Positions 46,471 through 55,522 of a stretch of 59,428 bases of DNA are shown here, piece by piece. Below the pieces are notes generated by a model that did not search any database, had not been told where the DNA came from, and saw only the letters and a list, made by a program, of their open reading frames with translations. Within the stretch, counting starts at the first letter, position 1. The number at the start of each line of letters is the position of its first letter. Source of the stretch: Crocinitomicaceae bacterium (lineage in GTDB: Bacteria; Bacteroidota; Bacteroidia; Flavobacteriales_D; Crocinitomicaceae); assembly GCA_022425625.1 (NCBI GenBank), contig JAKMFD010000002.1, forward strand, positions 1-59,428, written 5' to 3'. Both the position numbers and the translations under genes were made by a program.

Positions 46471-47203
46471 TAGGGTAGACGACATCCCAAAGATATAATC
46501 CATTTGCTGGAGCAGAAGCAGCCGCTTTTTGTCTGTCTTTTGAAGCAATTATTTTTTTAAAATCTTCCAAACTTAATTTGTTTAGACCGACTTCGACAAG
46601 TGTGCCCACAATTGCGCGAACCATGTTCCTAAGGAATCGATTTGCCGAAATTTCAAATACAATCTCATTTTCAAAAACACTAAGTGACGCCTTTGAGACG
46701 GTACACATATGATTTTTAACATCGGTATGTTTTTTTGAAAAAGCTTCGAAGTCTTTGTTTCCTATTAAAAGATTAGCTGCCTCTTGCATTTTACTTGTAT
46801 CTAATGATTGTGAAATCATCCATGAAAAAGATTTTTTAAAAGGATCTTTTTTTGAATGAATAAAATACCTGTAGGTTCTAAGTTCAGCATTAAATCTTGC
46901 GTGCAATTTTGGATCTACTTCTTGTATATTATTAACAGCAATACTTTTGGGGAGCATAGCGTTCAATTTATACATGAAGTCTCTAGGGCTCATTTTTAGA
47001 ATTAGGTTAGCATGGAAAAAGTATTTTTTTGCATGAACTCCCGTATCTGTCCTACCGCAACCCACGATAGGTACTTGAGTTAAAGAACAAAGTTTATATA
47101 AGGCATTTTCAATGGTGTCTTGAACTGTCGGCTCTGTCGGCTGAGATTGCCATCCAAAGAAATCTTTACCATCGTAGGAAATTTCAAAAAAATAACGGTT
47201 CAT
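46457..47203 (-). CDS. truA: tRNA pseudouridine(38-40) synthase.
   Basis: I prefer ATG 47203 (MNRYFFEISYDG). The catalytic motif is GCGRTDTGVHA. It overlaps fabD convergently by 14 nt. Confidence 0.85.
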   Translation of the reverse strand: MNRYFFEISYDGKDFFGWQSQPTEPTVQDTIENALYKLCSLTQVPIVGCGRTDTGVHAKKYFFHANLILKMSPRDFMYKLNAMLPKSIAVNNIQEVDPKLHARFNAELRTYRYFIHSKKDPFKKSFSWMISQSLDTSKMQEAANLLIGNKDFEAFSKKHTDVKNHMCTVSKASLSVFENEIVFEISANRFLRNMVRAIVGTLVEVGLNKLSLEDFKKIIASKDRQKAAASAPANGLYLWDVVYPITPS

Positions 47204-47234
47204 ATTATAATGCTCATGCAAAAAATAGAATATT

Positions 47235-48599
47235 CTATTTTAAGAAAGGAAAATTTGAATTTGATAGGTCAAATTGAAATATATCATAGCTAAAGTAGCC
47301 ATCATAATCTGTTATTGATGAGACGGTTCCTATCTTGAATTCTGGAAAATATTGAAAATGTGTATCGTCATTTACCGTATTTATAGCAGCGCCCAAATTT
47401 ATAGGCTTCCCCCATTTATTATTGTCCCATTTGCAGTAGTAAACATCATATCCTCCCATTCCAGGAAGCGCATCACTACTAAAAAAGAGAAATTTACCAT
47501 CTGCCGTAATAAAGGGTGTTGTTTCCCTACCTGTAGTATTAATTTCTTTTAATGAGGTTGCTTCTTCCCATTTATCATCAACACGTTTCACAGAATATAA
47601 GTCGGTTAAGCTTTTTTCTGCATTTCTATCACTTACAAAAACCATTGTTTGTGTAGCCGTTTCGTCTTCGTCAAAGCTAGTGTCTGTAATCGTTGCTGAG
47701 CCTTCAAAGTAACTTGTATTAATAGATTCAGATTTAATAGGGTCTATATACCAAGAACTGTCTTCGTCGTCAGCTTCAAACTCATAGATCTCTGAACTTT
47801 GAGTTGATTTTTCTACACTTGCTGAGGTATTAATTGTGAGAAGACCATATTTACCATCTCTAGAAATAAAATTTAAAGCATCAAAGCCTTCAGTATTGTA
47901 ATCTTCCATTTCAGAAATATTGATAACCCAATTTTTTTTGTCATCGTTCCAATCTGCACGATAGATGTCTTCATAAAACTTTTGGTCTCCATAATTGATG
48001 TTATTTCCAGTTGTTTCTGGTTGTCTCGCCGTAAAGTAAAGCCTTTGCTTGTCATAAATTAGGATTGCACCATATTCATCGTATTTAGAGTTGACAGTGC
48101 GCGAGAAAGGTTTGCAGATGTATTGAACATTATTTTTTAATTCTTTCTCGACGAAATCACATTGCTGAATTAAAATGTTAAGATCATAGTCTTTTGATAT
48201 TCTTGGGCCTAATTTCTCTTGAGCCATATTGTAAAAAGATCGAGCTGAGTCTGTTTTATTAACGGAGTGATAAATTCTGCCTAAATAGTAATAATATTCA
48301 CCATCTTTTTTCTTTGTAATTAATTTTTGAGCAGCAATTGCATTTTCATGGGCTGCGTAAAAACTTCGGAGCTCAAATTGCGCAACACTAAGCTGGTAAC
48401 AAGCTTCTCCGGATAAAGGGTTTTTAAGTTTTGCTCTTTTGTAAGTGAGCATGGCTTCACTAATTCGTCCAGCATAGAATAACTCATTACCTTCGCCGAT
48501 TAGTTTTTTTGAGGTCAATTTATCAAAAAATGAAATTTTTTGTCCCAATAAACCATGAGAACATATTAAGATGAGTAAAGAATAAATTATTTTGCGCAT
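47235..48599 (-). CDS. Secreted TPR plus PD40/WD40-like beta-propeller protein (TolB-like) without an OmpA domain.
   Basis: I prefer ATG 48599, which gives the signal peptide MRKIIYSLLILICSHGLLGQ. TPR-like helices are followed by PD40-like strands (...FTARQP..., ...FVSDRN..., ...FFSSDALPGMGGYDVY). Confidence 0.6.
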   Translation of the reverse strand: MRKIIYSLLILICSHGLLGQKISFFDKLTSKKLIGEGNELFYAGRISEAMLTYKRAKLKNPLSGEACYQLSVAQFELRSFYAAHENAIAAQKLITKKKDGEYYYYLGRIYHSVNKTDSARSFYNMAQEKLGPRISKDYDLNILIQQCDFVEKELKNNVQYICKPFSRTVNSKYDEYGAILIYDKQRLYFTARQPETTGNNINYGDQKFYEDIYRADWNDDKKNWVINISEMEDYNTEGFDALNFISRDGKYGLLTINTSASVEKSTQSSEIYEFEADDEDSSWYIDPIKSESINTSYFEGSATITDTSFDEDETATQTMVFVSDRNAEKSLTDLYSVKRVDDKWEEATSLKEINTTGRETTPFITADGKFLFFSSDALPGMGGYDVYYCKWDNNKWGKPINLGAAINTVNDDTHFQYFPEFKIGTVSSITDYDGYFSYDIFQFDLSNSNFPFLK

Positions 48600-48693
48600 A
48601 GATGATTTTGATAAACAAGTCTTGGTCTTACGTAAAAATATTACTTTTTCTGAATTTAAGCTTGATTCATGATTCATGATTCTAAAAAGTATA

Positions 48694-48722
48694 AAATAAA
48701 AAAAGGACCCGAAGGTCCTTAT
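48694..48722 (-). terminator. Rho-independent terminator of metK.
   Basis: The hairpin AAGGACC-CGAA-GGTCCTT (48703-48720) is followed on the minus strand by a T-rich run (the reverse complement of 48694-48702). It lies 21 nt after the metK stop. Confidence 0.75.
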
Positions 48723-48742
48723 TGTTTTTGTTTCAATTCTTT

Positions 48743-49996
48743 TTATAAACTAAACTCAGCCTTAATATTTTCAACGAAATTTAGCTCTTCCCAAGGAAAT
48801 AATTTTACGTTCATTTTTTTAACCGTTCCTGAAGCATCTTTAAAAACTTTTTCTACTTCAGTACATTCTCTGCCCATGTGACCATATGCTGCAGATTCAG
48901 AATAAATCGGAGTTCTTAGGTTGAATCGGGTTTCTATAGCAAAAGGACGCATGTCGAAGAGTTTTTCTAGTTTCCTTGCAATTTCTCCGTCGGTAAGATT
49001 CACCTTAGCTGTTCCGTACGTGTCAACATATAAGCCCATTGGCTTTGCCACACCAATAGCATAGGCAACCTGAACCAAAATTTCATCACTTAAGCCTGCT
49101 GCAACCGCATTTTTTGCAATATGTCTTGTTGCGTATGCTGCAGACCGGTCAACTTTTGATGGGTCTTTACCTGAAAAAGCTCCACCACCGTGCGCTCCTT
49201 TGCCGCCATAAGTGTCCACTATAATCTTTCTTCCTGTTAGACCAGTATCTCCATGAGGTCCACCTATCACAAAAACTCCTGTTGGGTTGACATGATAAGT
49301 AATGTTATCCGTAAATAATGCCTGTGTTTCAATTGGTAAAAGGGCTTTTACACGAGGAATTAGTATTTCGATAACATCTTTTTTAATTTTTGTCAGCATT
49401 TCAGATTCACCAGCAAAATCATCATGCTGTGTAGAAATTACAATCGCATCGATTCGTATTGGTTTGTTGTCGTCTGAATACTCTATGGTTACTTGTGATT
49501 TTGAATCAGGTCTTAAATAAGTAATTTCATCATTTTCTCTTCTGAGAGCTGCCAATTCTTTCAATAAGATATGTGAAATTTCTAACGGAAGAGGCATGAA
49601 GCTTTCCGTTTCGTTTGTTGCATAACCAAACATCATTCCTTGGTCACCAGCGCCTTGCTCTTCTTTAACTGCTCGCTCAACACCTTGATTTATGTCTGAA
49701 GACTGTTCGTGAATAGCAGAAAAGACACCACAAGAATTACCATCAAACATATATTCGCTTTTTGTGTAACCAATTTTATTGATTACATCTCGAGCAATTT
49801 TTTGTACATCTAAATAGGTATTTGATTTTACCTCTCCCGCCAAAACAACTTGCCCCGTAGTCACCAAAGTTTCACAAGCAACTTTTGAATCTGGATCAAA
49901 GGCTAAAAAGTTATCTATTAATGCATCAGAAATTTGGTCTGCTACTTTGTCTGGATGTCCTTCAGAGACAGACTCCGAAGTGAATAAATATGCCAT
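48743..49996 (-). CDS. metK: S-adenosylmethionine synthetase.
   Basis: It shows MetK similarity along its whole length ([39 protein letters not shown]). Confidence 0.95.
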   Translation of the reverse strand: MAYLFTSESVSEGHPDKVADQISDALIDNFLAFDPDSKVACETLVTTGQVVLAGEVKSNTYLDVQKIARDVINKIGYTKSEYMFDGNSCGVFSAIHEQSSDINQGVERAVKEEQGAGDQGMMFGYATNETESFMPLPLEISHILLKELAALRRENDEITYLRPDSKSQVTIEYSDDNKPIRIDAIVISTQHDDFAGESEMLTKIKKDVIEILIPRVKALLPIETQALFTDNITYHVNPTGVFVIGGPHGDTGLTGRKIIVDTYGGKGAHGGGAFSGKDPSKVDRSAAYATRHIAKNAVAAGLSDEILVQVAYAIGVAKPMGLYVDTYGTAKVNLTDGEIARKLEKLFDMRPFAIETRFNLRTPIYSESAAYGHMGRECTEVEKVFKDASGTVKKMNVKLFPWEELNFVENIKAEFSL

Positions 49997-50016
49997 AGAT
50001 TGTATATTTTAAGGTG

Positions 50017-50024
50017 CAAAGATA
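50017..50024 (-). promoter_or_regulatory. Candidate -7 promoter box (TATCTTTG on the minus strand) for metK.
   Basis: It matches TAnnTTTG exactly within the 34-nt spacer, 20 nt upstream of ATG 49996. Confidence 0.3.
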
Positions 50025-50030
50025 CTAAAA

Positions 50031-51194
50031 TCAGTTATAAAATTTCTTCTTTTCTTTTACCATTGAACGAAGTAATGGATTGGGTCGATATCTATCTTCT
50101 CCATAAAAATCAAATAAGTCTTGCAGCCTACCTAAAACAACCTCAAGCCCTATTTCATCTCCCCATTGTAAAAGTCCTTTTGGATAATTTACACCTTTTG
50201 TCATCGCTAAATCAACATCCTTAGGAGTAGCTACACCCATAAAGACAGCATCTACAGCTTCATTGATCAGTAAACACAATATGCGGTCTAAAATCGATTG
50301 TCCAAGTTTCTCGTCTTTATTGGCTTCATTGTTTAGCGTCTCATTTTCATAATGGTAGTAACCTCGACCAGATTTACGTCCATAAAAGCCCGCTTCCGCG
50401 TATCTTTTTTGAGTAAAAGAAGGTTTAAATCGCGGGTCATAGAAAAAGGCTTGAAATACGGATTCCGTCACAGCAAAGTTTACGTCATTTCCAATGTAAT
50501 CCATTAATGTAAAAGGCCCCATTTTAAAACCTCCCAATTCTTTAAGTGCCCAATCTATAGTTGCAAAATCTGCTAAACCTTCTTCGTAGATACGAAGGGC
50601 CTCACCGTAAAATGGTCGTGCGACTCTATTTACAATAAAACCAGGAGTATCTTTACATAAAACGACGGTTTTACCCCAATCGGTGATTAGAGATTTTGAA
50701 AGCTCACTTGTCTCCTTTGAGGTTTGAATTGATGGAATGATTTCAACCAGAGGCATCAGGGGAGCTGGGTTGAAAAAATGAATACCAATAATTCTTTCCG
50801 CATTATTGAGTGCAGCACCAATAGAAGCAATTGAGAGTGAGGAAGTATTCGAGGCAAGTATGCAGTTTTCTGAAACAATATCTTCAAGTTTTTTAAAAAC
50901 TTCATGTTTAATTTTTAAGTTTTCCACAATTGCTTCAATCACAAGACCGCATGGCCACAAGTCACCCATGTTAGAGGTAAATAAAATACGATTGATTATT
51001 TCCTTCCTTTCAGAATCAGAAATACGTTTTTTTTCAACAAGCCTTCTCAATATTTTATCAAGTCCTTCCTTTGCTTTGGATAGTTGATTTTCGCTATGAT
51101 CATGCACCACCACTTGGTGCTTATTTTGTGCGGCTATTTGAGCAATTCCAATGCCCATTGTACCAGAACCAACAACGCCAATTGTTTCAATCAT
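50031..51194 (-). CDS. 3-hydroxyacyl-CoA (3-hydroxybutyryl-CoA) dehydrogenase, PaaH-like.
   Basis: It has the NAD-binding N-terminus IGVVGSGTMGIGIA and the typical HBD core (NTSSLSI, HFFNPAP) plus an extra C-terminal helical domain. Confidence 0.85.
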   Translation of the reverse strand: MIETIGVVGSGTMGIGIAQIAAQNKHQVVVHDHSENQLSKAKEGLDKILRRLVEKKRISDSERKEIINRILFTSNMGDLWPCGLVIEAIVENLKIKHEVFKKLEDIVSENCILASNTSSLSIASIGAALNNAERIIGIHFFNPAPLMPLVEIIPSIQTSKETSELSKSLITDWGKTVVLCKDTPGFIVNRVARPFYGEALRIYEEGLADFATIDWALKELGGFKMGPFTLMDYIGNDVNFAVTESVFQAFFYDPRFKPSFTQKRYAEAGFYGRKSGRGYYHYENETLNNEANKDEKLGQSILDRILCLLINEAVDAVFMGVATPKDVDLAMTKGVNYPKGLLQWGDEIGLEVVLGRLQDLFDFYGEDRYRPNPLLRSMVKEKKKFYN

Positions 51195-51964
51195 TTTCCT
51201 ATGAATTTTGCAGGTCTTTTTTCGAGAAAAGCCTCGACACCTTCATTAAAGTCTTGGGTTTGTCCTGCTTCATTTTGAAGCATTTCCTCAAGTTTTAATT
51301 GATTTTCTAATGTATTTGATAGACTTTCATTCACTGCTTTTTTTGTAAGTCCAAGAGCCCTTGTTGGCATTTTTGCAATTTTCTCTGCAAATTCAACCAC
51401 AGTTTCTGTAAAGAGCTCATCTTCAACTGCCTTGTAAATCATTTGCATTTCTTCCGCCTCAGCTGCATTAACCTTATCACCTGTCATCATGAGAGCCATT
51501 GCCTTTTGTATTCCAATAATTCTTGGAAGAAAATAGGTACCTCCTGAATCTGGAATCAGTCCAATTTTAGAAAATGCCTGAATAAACGAAGCACTTTTTT
51601 TTGCAAAAACGATATCACAAGCTAAAGCAATATTGGCTCCAGCTCCTGCGGCAACGCCATTGACAGCAGCAATGATAGGTTTTTCTATATTTCGGATACG
51701 TTGAATTATCGGATTATAATGCTCGCCTACAATACTTTTTAATGCGGGACCCTGTGGGTCAATAACCTCGGCAAGATCTTGACCTGCGCAAAAAGCCTTT
51801 CCATGACCTTGCAACACAATAGCCCTAACTTCTGAGCTTATTTCACATGCATCTAAGGCACTTTGAACGGCTATTGCCATTGGTTTATTAAAAGAATTAA
51901 AAACCTTCGGTCTATTGAAAGTTATGAAGAAAACCCCATTTTTTTGTTCAGTAATGATTTCCAT
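51191..51964 (-). CDS. Enoyl-CoA hydratase/isomerase (crotonase) family protein, PaaG-like.
   Basis: It has the crotonase fold motifs FCAGQDL and AAVNGVAAGAGANIALACD. An ATGA overlap couples it to the downstream dehydrogenase. Confidence 0.85.
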   Translation of the reverse strand: MEIITEQKNGVFFITFNRPKVFNSFNKPMAIAVQSALDACEISSEVRAIVLQGHGKAFCAGQDLAEVIDPQGPALKSIVGEHYNPIIQRIRNIEKPIIAAVNGVAAGAGANIALACDIVFAKKSASFIQAFSKIGLIPDSGGTYFLPRIIGIQKAMALMMTGDKVNAAEAEEMQMIYKAVEDELFTETVVEFAEKIAKMPTRALGLTKKAVNESLSNTLENQLKLEEMLQNEAGQTQDFNEGVEAFLEKRPAKFIGK

Positions 51965-52008
51965 ATCTCGTTTCTTACGACTGTAAAAGTAACAATAAGT
52001 TGAATTAT

Positions 52009-53022
52009 TTATCTAAGTCCATAAACCTTCTGCATGGACTTGATTCTGTGCACAATCAGTTCTTTTAGTTTCTGAGGTTCTATGATTTCGATTTCCCCAC
52101 CATAGCTTAGCAATGTTCTTATTAATTCCTCAGACAATAAAAGCTTGAGGCTAAAAAATGTTTCGCCTTTATCTGTTTCCTCAATGATTTTTTGAGACCT
52201 ATGAATAGGTTGGCTTTTCAAGTATTTAGATGCAACTTCGTCGGCTCTAAGCTTTATGAAATGCGCATCCCCTTTGTAGCTCGTTATGCCCATTGCATTC
52301 TTAAAATATTCTTCTGGATTAAAGTCCTTCGGCACATCTTGATGCTCATCTAATATTTTGGGTTCCTCCATTCTATCCAGAGCATAGGTACGAATATCTT
52401 TCCTGTTGGAGTCGTAAGAAATGAGATACCAACGCTTTTGGTATTCCTTGAGGAATAACGGGGAAACTTTTCTTGGCTTGCCTGCTCCTTTTAAAAAGCT
52501 TGTGTAAATAAACCAAACTTTGTTTTTCTTTTGAATCGCCTCTAAAAGAGTCGGTAGGAATTCATTGCCTCCCACAGAAGCAGCTGCCTCAAACTGAATG
52601 TATCTAGCCATCTCATTTGTCTCATCTCCAACCGATACACGGTCTACAATTTTATCAATGGCATTTCCAAACTCTTTAAAAAAAGGTGTCTCTTTGAACT
52701 GATGTAAAGTATCGACAGCATATTTTATGGAACTCAATTCATCTTCAGTTAAAGGTATATCATTAATACTATAGTTCGGGTTTTCATAATAATATCCTCT
52801 TTCCTTTTTACTGTATTTAATGGGGGCATCGTGCTCCATCTTCATGTTGAAGAGGTCTTTTTCAATGGTGCTATTGCAAATGTGAGCCCCGTCAATTGAA
52901 CCATATAAAGATTCTTCACAGGCTTCTCTAAGCTCTTGTTTTGACGGAAATGATTTGTATTTATTTCGAATCATTTTATCGATAATCCGAAAGCGAAGCA
53001 ATGCATTCTTAATATGCGGCAT
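52009..53022 (-). CDS. WYL-domain transcriptional regulator (N-terminal winged HTH plus WYL).
   Basis: The N-terminus ALLRFRIIDKMIRNK...PSKQEL is the HTH of Bacteroidota WYL regulators. The core RWYLISYD is the WYL signature. Its start shares nucleotide 53022 with the upstream stop (TAATG). Confidence 0.8.
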   Translation of the reverse strand: MPHIKNALLRFRIIDKMIRNKYKSFPSKQELREACEESLYGSIDGAHICNSTIEKDLFNMKMEHDAPIKYSKKERGYYYENPNYSINDIPLTEDELSSIKYAVDTLHQFKETPFFKEFGNAIDKIVDRVSVGDETNEMARYIQFEAAASVGGNEFLPTLLEAIQKKNKVWFIYTSFLKGAGKPRKVSPLFLKEYQKRWYLISYDSNRKDIRTYALDRMEEPKILDEHQDVPKDFNPEEYFKNAMGITSYKGDAHFIKLRADEVASKYLKSQPIHRSQKIIEETDKGETFFSLKLLLSEELIRTLLSYGGEIEIIEPQKLKELIVHRIKSMQKVYGLR

Positions 53023-54440
53023 TATATTTTAAGTTCTTTTTTTTGGTAGCCAAACAATTCAAAAGCTTTAATTGCCTTAGCAACTGACTCTGGGACATCT
53101 TCTTCCCAGCTTGATGCTCCCGCTCTGATTTTGGAGAGTACATCATCTGACATGATGTGAAGCAATTTAGGATTAAATTCTAAAATAGGCTTCATTTTAT
53201 CATTTTCCCTCATGTATTCCAAAAGACCTTTGAGATTTGATGCAATTTCAATGTTATTTAAATCATAGATTTCACCATCTTCAACATTTAATGCAGGATA
53301 AACATATAGTTTCATATTTGGGCCAAAACCGCGACCGAAGGCTTCAAGTAAACCACCTGGGAGGTTGTCGTAATAACGTTCATCAAAAATGGTGTTTAAA
53401 TTGTAGACACCCAGAATTACACCAATTAAATTCCCTCTGGAAATAGGAGCGAGGTACTCAACCATTTTGTAATGCTTCAAATAATTGGATACCATTACTG
53501 TGTAACCTAATGAAGAAAGTAGGTCGGCTCGGTCTAAAAAGTCTTGAACTGATATTTTTCCATCAGCAGTAAGGTCTTTTAATGTCAACTCGAATACAAC
53601 AGCTACGTTATCCTCTTTAACGTCATTTTCTGCGGAGAATGCTTTTCTTCCATTCTCAATCATATCTATATGCACCTTTGTAACAGGTCGAAACCTTCCT
53701 CTGGTTAGTAAAATATTCTTTTTGTAAAGAGCATTTGTTGGCTGAAGTACGTTTTGAGCCAAGTCGAACATTGTTGCATCTGTAATTCCTCGTTTCACTA
53801 AATTCAATGCAATTACGCGATTGTCAATATTACTAAAATCTGGCCCAGTGATGCTTAGCATATCGATTTCGATTCGATCTCTGGGAATTCTTTTGGTTAA
53901 GCCGTCTAGAAATTCGTCAATATCATTATTCCTGTGGTAGCAAGAGTGAATTAAATTTACGCCGAGAATACCAAGGGCTTCTTGTTGCCCTTTGTGACTA
54001 TTGTCATGCATTTTTACATGTAAAACCACTGTGTTAGGTTCTGCCTCTGGTTGGAGCTGAAAACGAATTCCAATCCAACCCTTTCCTTGATTTGTTTTGT
54101 GGTAATTCAATGATTCTACTGTGTTACAAAAGGCAAAGAATTTCGATTCCTTGTATTTATCTGGAAGTGTTTCTTTGAGGTTTGTAAATTCCGTGTCGAG
54201 CATTATTTGAAGACGCTCTTCACAGACATATCGCTTCGTTTTACCATACATGGAATCCGAAACTTTCATGTCATAAGCGGAATGGCTAAAGGCTATCGTT
54301 CCTGAACTACCTCCAGCTTTAAAAAAATTTGCCGCAACTTCTTGACCAGCACCGATCTCGGCAAAACAACCGTAAATATCAGATTGTAGATTAATTTTTA
54401 GTGCCTTTTCTTCGGTAGTTAGATGTCTTGTAGCTGGCAT
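53022..54440 (-). CDS. Conserved-looking cytoplasmic protein of unknown function (472 aa).
   Basis: It is a long uninterrupted ORF with no signal peptide and no transmembrane segment. It has a Gly-rich N-terminal segment FAEIGAGQEVAANFFKAGGSSGT. I cannot place it in a named family. Confidence 0.7.
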   Translation of the reverse strand: MPATRHLTTEEKALKINLQSDIYGCFAEIGAGQEVAANFFKAGGSSGTIAFSHSAYDMKVSDSMYGKTKRYVCEERLQIMLDTEFTNLKETLPDKYKESKFFAFCNTVESLNYHKTNQGKGWIGIRFQLQPEAEPNTVVLHVKMHDNSHKGQQEALGILGVNLIHSCYHRNNDIDEFLDGLTKRIPRDRIEIDMLSITGPDFSNIDNRVIALNLVKRGITDATMFDLAQNVLQPTNALYKKNILLTRGRFRPVTKVHIDMIENGRKAFSAENDVKEDNVAVVFELTLKDLTADGKISVQDFLDRADLLSSLGYTVMVSNYLKHYKMVEYLAPISRGNLIGVILGVYNLNTIFDERYYDNLPGGLLEAFGRGFGPNMKLYVYPALNVEDGEIYDLNNIEIASNLKGLLEYMRENDKMKPILEFNPKLLHIMSDDVLSKIRAGASSWEEDVPESVAKAIKAFELFGYQKKELKI

Positions 54441-54442
54441 GA

Positions 54443-55522
54443 TTAATTGAATGGATCCTTAAAATTAGGATTATTAATGAAAATTGTATCGTTTAATGCC
54501 AGTAAGAATTGTTTTAACCACTCTTTTTCTAACTCATCGAGTTGAACGCCGCCTTGAGCTCCAAACTCTATCATTGGATCTAGTGTAGGGCTCATTTGAA
54601 TACCAGTTGAGTAATGTTCAATTACCTCTTCAAGTGAATTAAAACGCCCATCGTGCATATAGGGCCCAGTACTTGATAAGTTCCGTAAAGAAGGCACTTT
54701 GAATTTACCCAAATCAAAATCATTTTCTGTTACAAGGGCACGCCCTGCATCGCTAAAGGAGATGTCTAAACCGTTATTGCTAAACTTTTTAACCCGCATA
54801 AGTGGTCCATTATGGCAGTGGAAGCAGTCTGCACCATTTAGGCTTTTAAATAGATCATAGCCTGCCCATATTTCTGCTTCTATATTTTGAAGTACTTCAT
54901 TTTCGGTACTGTTAAGAGAAATTCCATTTTCATATTTATACATTACGTCAAAGGTTGAAGAGCCAGACACAATAGTTCTGATAAACTGCCCTATGGCTTT
55001 TGCTACTTTTAACGAGTCGATACCTTCCTCTCCAAAAGCTTTGAAGAATCTGTTTCGATAAGCTACATCTAGTTGTAATCGATTGACAGCTTCCTTCCAT
55101 TCAAGGTGCATTTCTATCGGATTGGGGACAGGTTCCAATATTTGGGCTTCAAGTGTTGACTTGCGTCCATCCCAAGTAAAGAATTCATCCCAACCAATAT
55201 TGAATAAAGGCATGGAATTTCTTGTACCTGGAATACCATCTATCCCAACAGGAACTGCTACATTATCCGCGAAACCACTTCCTATTTGATGGCAACTTGC
55301 ACAGCTCATTGTTCCATCACCACTTAACTGGGTTTCATAAAATAAATGTCTTCCTAAATCCACACCTTCTTCAGTCATTGGGTTGTCTTCTGGAATTATC
55401 ATTTGAGGGAAATGCGAAGGTATATCTATAGTATAAGGGGTTGGTAGAAAAGTGACCTTTTCTTTTCGACAAGCCGAAAACAAGATAATACTTACTATTA
55501 AAAAGAGTAACTTACTAATCAT
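54443..55522 (-). CDS. Di-haem cytochrome c peroxidase family protein (MauG/MbnH-like).
   Basis: It has a lipoprotein-type signal, two CxxCH haem motifs (CASCH, CFHCH), and the segment FKVPSLRN...GPYMHDGRF...L.EVIEHY typical of the CCP/MauG family. Confidence 0.85.
   Translation of the reverse strand: MISKLLFLIVSIILFSACRKEKVTFLPTPYTIDIPSHFPQMIIPEDNPMTEEGVDLGRHLFYETQLSGDGTMSCASCHQIGSGFADNVAVPVGIDGIPGTRNSMPLFNIGWDEFFTWDGRKSTLEAQILEPVPNPIEMHLEWKEAVNRLQLDVAYRNRFFKAFGEEGIDSLKVAKAIGQFIRTIVSGSSTFDVMYKYENGISLNSTENEVLQNIEAEIWAGYDLFKSLNGADCFHCHNGPLMRVKKFSNNGLDISFSDAGRALVTENDFDLGKFKVPSLRNLSSTGPYMHDGRFNSLEEVIEHYSTGIQMSPTLDPMIEFGAQGGVQLDELEKEWLKQFLLALNDTIFINNPNFKDPFN

Noticed and set aside
48663-48682. 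A 7-bp tandem repeat, tgattca, present in about 2.8 copies.
   Set aside because: It is short and AT-rich, and lies in the leader between the metK terminator and the PD40 gene start. It also generates the doubtful ATG used by the track. I see no evidence of function.
49997-50030. A possible SAM riboswitch upstream of metK.
   Set aside because: The spacer is only 34 nt, so no structured leader can fit.
50031-51964. The PaaG/PaaH-like genes, considered as part of a phenylacetate catabolic cluster.
   Set aside because: No paaABCDE oxygenase, paaK ligase or paaZ gene is in the window. The pair is equally consistent with generic beta-oxidation, so I make no pathway-level claim.
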